Origin: Naegleria gruberi
Lineage: Eukaryota
Reading direction: 5' to 3' (one strand)
Assembly (NCBI GenBank): GCA_000004985.1
Contig: GG739401.1
DNA: 1,493 nt
Positions 1-1,493 of this stretch are shown here, piece after piece (positions within the stretch are counted from its first letter, which is position 1; every line of letters starts with the position of its first letter). Both the position numbers and the translations under genes were made by a program. The notes beneath the pieces are model-generated. The model was given only the letters and a program-made list of their open reading frames with translations, ran no database searches and was not told the origin of the DNA.

Positions 1-108
1 CGGAAGCTCACAAATTTCAACACTATTACTTGATCGCCATGTTGAATAGTCAACTGCGATAATTGGATGATATCTTGATTTTAGACTTGGTGTACCAGCT
101 TAGTTATT

Positions 109-132
109 ATCTGAATCTGAATTTGAATCTGA
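109..132 (+). repeat. Imperfect hexamer tandem (ATYTGA), 4 copies: atctga atctga atttga atctga
   Basis: Read directly from the sequence. Confidence 0.7.
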
Positions 133-205
133 TCAGGGCATGAAATCAAAATCTCCAATTTTAGATCAAGATTGAAAGGCAACTCTCAAATTTGTTGCTA
201 TGATT

Positions 206-442
206 CTATGCATGTATTATATATATGAATATTGCAGGATATGATGGCCATGATTCCAGTTCTTTATTGGGAGAAATTCGATCTCCTCTTCCTGAAACAA
301 AAATATCCTTCATTTCTTCACAAATCTTATTCGCTGATTTAATATCTTGCTGAATTGGAACATATGTTGTTGAAAGAGTGAAAATGAGTCCTTCTCCAAA
401 AAGGCAGAATTCATTGCTAAATGGCAGTATAATCAACAGCAT
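206..442 (-). CDS. Hypothetical ORF, 78 aa, ATG start
   Basis: It appears in the six-frame ORF track. It has an ATG start (reverse complement of 440-442) and a TAG stop (reverse complement of 206-208). It is the only ATG-initiated ORF longer than 60 aa. The product has no recognisable domain and its hydrophobic C-terminus (AIFIYIIHA) comes from AT-rich sequence. A stop-free stretch of this length could arise by chance in 1.5 kb. Confidence 0.12.
   Translation of the reverse strand: MLLIILPFSNEFCLFGEGLIFTLSTTYVPIQQDIKSANKICEEMKDIFVSGRGDRISPNKELESWPSYPAIFIYIIHA
218..226 (+). repeat. (TA)4 dinucleotide run
   Basis: Read directly: tatatatat. Confidence 0.5.
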
Positions 443-629
443 TTTACAAGTTCAGTTCACAGAACATTTGGAGGTGCCTTCTTTACGGAAACAATCTTGC
501 TAATCCTTTAACACCTGCAGAACAAGTTCAATAGAATCCATTACGTATTATGATACTTGTCAATTATGTGATCTTCTTGATCTGAATGAACCCTTAAATT
601 CAGGACAATGTATTGCTGGCAACTATGTA

Positions 630-638
630 GTGAGTAAG
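630..638 (+). other. Splice-donor-like motif GTGAGTAAG, close to the eukaryotic 5' splice-site consensus GTRAGT
   Basis: This is a sequence motif only. It coincides with the GTG the ORF tracker used as a start codon. Confidence 0.25.
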
Positions 639-836
639 AAACAAGATGCTTTGATGGATACAAAAACAAAGAAGGTTTGTCAGGTTGAGTCCTTTTCTAA
701 TGACTTTTATTCAATACAGCTTGCTATTGAAGATCCGAAACGTATCATTGAGATATCAAGGAAAAGGTTCCGTGTGTTATTCTTGACCCTTCCAAACAGG
801 CCTATTCCAGTTCATTACAACAATCAATACATTTAA
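630..836 (+). CDS. Hypothetical ORF (68 aa from a GTG start; the first in-frame ATG is at 654, giving 60 aa). It is the 3' part of a 111-codon stop-free frame spanning 504-836.
   Basis: It appears in the six-frame ORF track. I checked by eye that the frame stays open back to a TAA at 501-503. There is no ATG, GTG or TTG in frame between 504 and 629. The product is Lys/Arg-rich with no recognisable motif. I could not identify a convincing Shine-Dalgarno sequence. Confidence 0.15.
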   Translation: MSKKQDALMDTKTKKVCQVESFSNDFYSIQLAIEDPKRIIEISRKRFRVLFLTLPNRPIPVHYNNQYI

Positions 837-1009
837 TATAGACTTTATTAATTTCAAGACTTGGTGAAATTTCAAATAGTTTCGAAAAAATTTACAAGTC
901 GAGTTTGGGCAATTCTACATTTCGCTCACATCGCAAAAATCCATTAACAAAAAATCGTTAAAAGTCAAGCCAGCATTTGCGAAAAGGGTTTAGCGGGAAA
1001 ACCTTAATC

Positions 1010-1021
1010 AAAAAAAAAAAA
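1010..1021 (+). repeat. A12 homopolymer tract. Its last A is the A of an ATG that opens a 30-codon ORF at 1021-1113.
   Basis: Read directly: c-aaaaaaaaaaaa-tg. The preceding ~130 nt (about 890-1009) is strongly A-rich on the + strand. Confidence 0.85.
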
Positions 1022-1053
1022 TGCTCAAACATGATCGCACTGGTACGCTTTAT

Positions 1054-1062
1054 TCTCTCTCT
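1054..1062 (+). repeat. (TC)4 dinucleotide run inside a pyrimidine tract that ends in TAG at 1064-1066
   Basis: Read directly: tattctctctctatag. Confidence 0.6.
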
Positions 1063-1155
1063 ATAGTTGTTCAACAGCCGACGGAGAATCAGATGAATTT
1101 GTGTTATTATTAATTATTATTTAAATACCGTATTGCTTGTTGACTTGAAAGGAAT

Positions 1156-1398
1156 TTGGTGGTATTCATGGGTCATTGGCCAGAACTTACATTATGGATC
1201 AATTCATTTCTCAAGCTGGAGCTGCCAAATCTCAAAGTTCAAAGACAGGACGTGAGAGAATCCTTACTTGTTCACCACCACCACCACTTATTCGTCCGGT
1301 TACGTCTGACATCATTTACAATAATTTACTCTACCTTTATCTCTTTTCACAGAGACAACACTCCTAAAATAATTCTTCACAATAACTGTGTAAAATAA
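1156..1398 (+). CDS. Hypothetical ORF, 80 aa, TTG start; probably spurious
   Basis: It has a TTG start. It overlaps ORF 1176..1367 in another frame. Its His5 run is simply the (CAC)5 microsatellite read in frame. It has no homology signal. Confidence 0.07.
   Translation: MVVFMGHWPELTLWINSFLKLELPNLKVQRQDVRESLLVHHHHHLFVRLRLTSFTIIYSTFISFHRDNTPKIILHNNCVK
1176..1367 (+). CDS. Hypothetical ORF, 63 aa, TTG start; probably spurious
   Basis: It has a TTG start. It overlaps ORF 1156..1398 in another frame. Its Pro4 run is the same microsatellite read in a different frame. Confidence 0.05.
   Translation: MARTYIMDQFISQAGAAKSQSSKTGRERILTCSPPPPLIRPVTSDIIYNNLLYLYLFSQRQHS
1273..1287 (+). repeat. (CAC)5 trinucleotide microsatellite
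   Basis: Read directly: caccaccaccaccac. Confidence 0.85.
1326..1352 (+). other. Splice-acceptor-like element: a 22-nt polypyrimidine tract (ttactctacctttatctctttt) followed by cacag
   Basis: It fits the Y-rich tract plus NCAG|R architecture of a eukaryotic 3' splice site. This is a sequence motif only. Confidence 0.25.
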
Positions 1399-1418
1399 TC
1401 CCATCACCATTTAATCTT

Positions 1419-1424
1419 ATTAAA
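1419..1424 (+). promoter_or_regulatory. ATTAAA, a variant eukaryotic polyadenylation-signal hexamer, in a low-complexity region; very tentative
   Basis: This is a motif match only. Such hexamers are frequent by chance in AT-rich DNA. Confidence 0.1.
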
Positions 1425-1493
1425 AAATTATGTTTATTTAAGCAAGGTTTTAAAGTGTTGAATCAGATTGTTGTAAGATTCAATAGTAGTAGA

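Noticed and set aside
241-254. Imperfect 14-bp palindrome atgATGGCCATgat with a perfect 8-bp core at 244-251, a possible dimeric transcription-factor site
   Set aside because: About six perfect 8-bp palindromes are expected by chance in 1.5 kb, and there is no supporting context.
83-866. Exact 10-mer direct repeat agacttggtg at 83-92 and 857-866
   Set aside because: The flanking bases do not extend the match. About one such match is expected by chance.
985-993. AGGGTTTAG, resembling one unit of the plant-type telomere repeat or the reverse complement of a telobox (AAACCCTA)
   Set aside because: It is a single partial unit (7 of 8 positions) and could easily arise by chance.
1140-1168. Sigma70-like promoter: TTGACT at 1140-1145, a 17-bp spacer, then TATTCA at 1163-1168, upstream of the TTG-start ORF 1176
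   Set aside because: The -35 match is good but the -10 match is only 3 of 6 and lacks the conserved final T. The downstream ORFs are themselves unconvincing.
16-1462. A 9-bp inverted match between the window ends (ttcaacact at 16-24 and agtgttgaa at 1454-1462) that might mark terminal inverted repeats of a small transposon
   Set aside because: It is only 9 bp. About four such inverted 9-mers are expected by chance in 1.5 kb of AT-rich sequence. There are no flanking direct repeats and no transposase ORF.
1086-1468. Recurring GAATCWGA motif: gaatctga at 113-120 and 125-132, and gaatcagat at 1086-1094 and 1460-1468
   Set aside because: Two copies are just the hexamer tandem at 109-132. The other two share only 9 bp, which is within the chance expectation for this window size.
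1-1493. CRISPR array, rRNA, tRNA, or intrinsic-terminator hairpins
   Set aside because: There are no regularly spaced direct repeats. There is no tRNA-like cloverleaf with a conserved GTTC or T-loop context. There are no GC-rich stems followed by T-runs.

Overview
The window is 1,493 nt and AT-rich (roughly 35% GC by eye). It contains no convincing protein-coding gene under a bacterial model. The longest ORFs are 63-80 aa, most start at GTG or TTG rather than ATG, two overlap each other in different frames, and none has a recognisable domain. Instead the window carries several kinds of low-complexity sequence: an A12 homopolymer, a (CAC)5 microsatellite, (TC)4 and (TA)4 dinucleotide runs, and an ATYTGA hexamer tandem. 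It also carries several motifs that match eukaryotic splice-site consensus well: GTGAGTAAG at 630-638, a polypyrimidine tract plus CAG at 1326-1352, a pyrimidine tract plus TAG at 1049-1066, and ACTTAC on the minus strand. The most economical reading is non-coding or intron- and UTR-rich eukaryotic-like DNA, or at best a decayed intergenic region. I see no CRISPR array, rRNA or tRNA, and no clear mobile-element termini. I see no evidence for a novel biological system. The findings below are modest and labelled as hypotheses.
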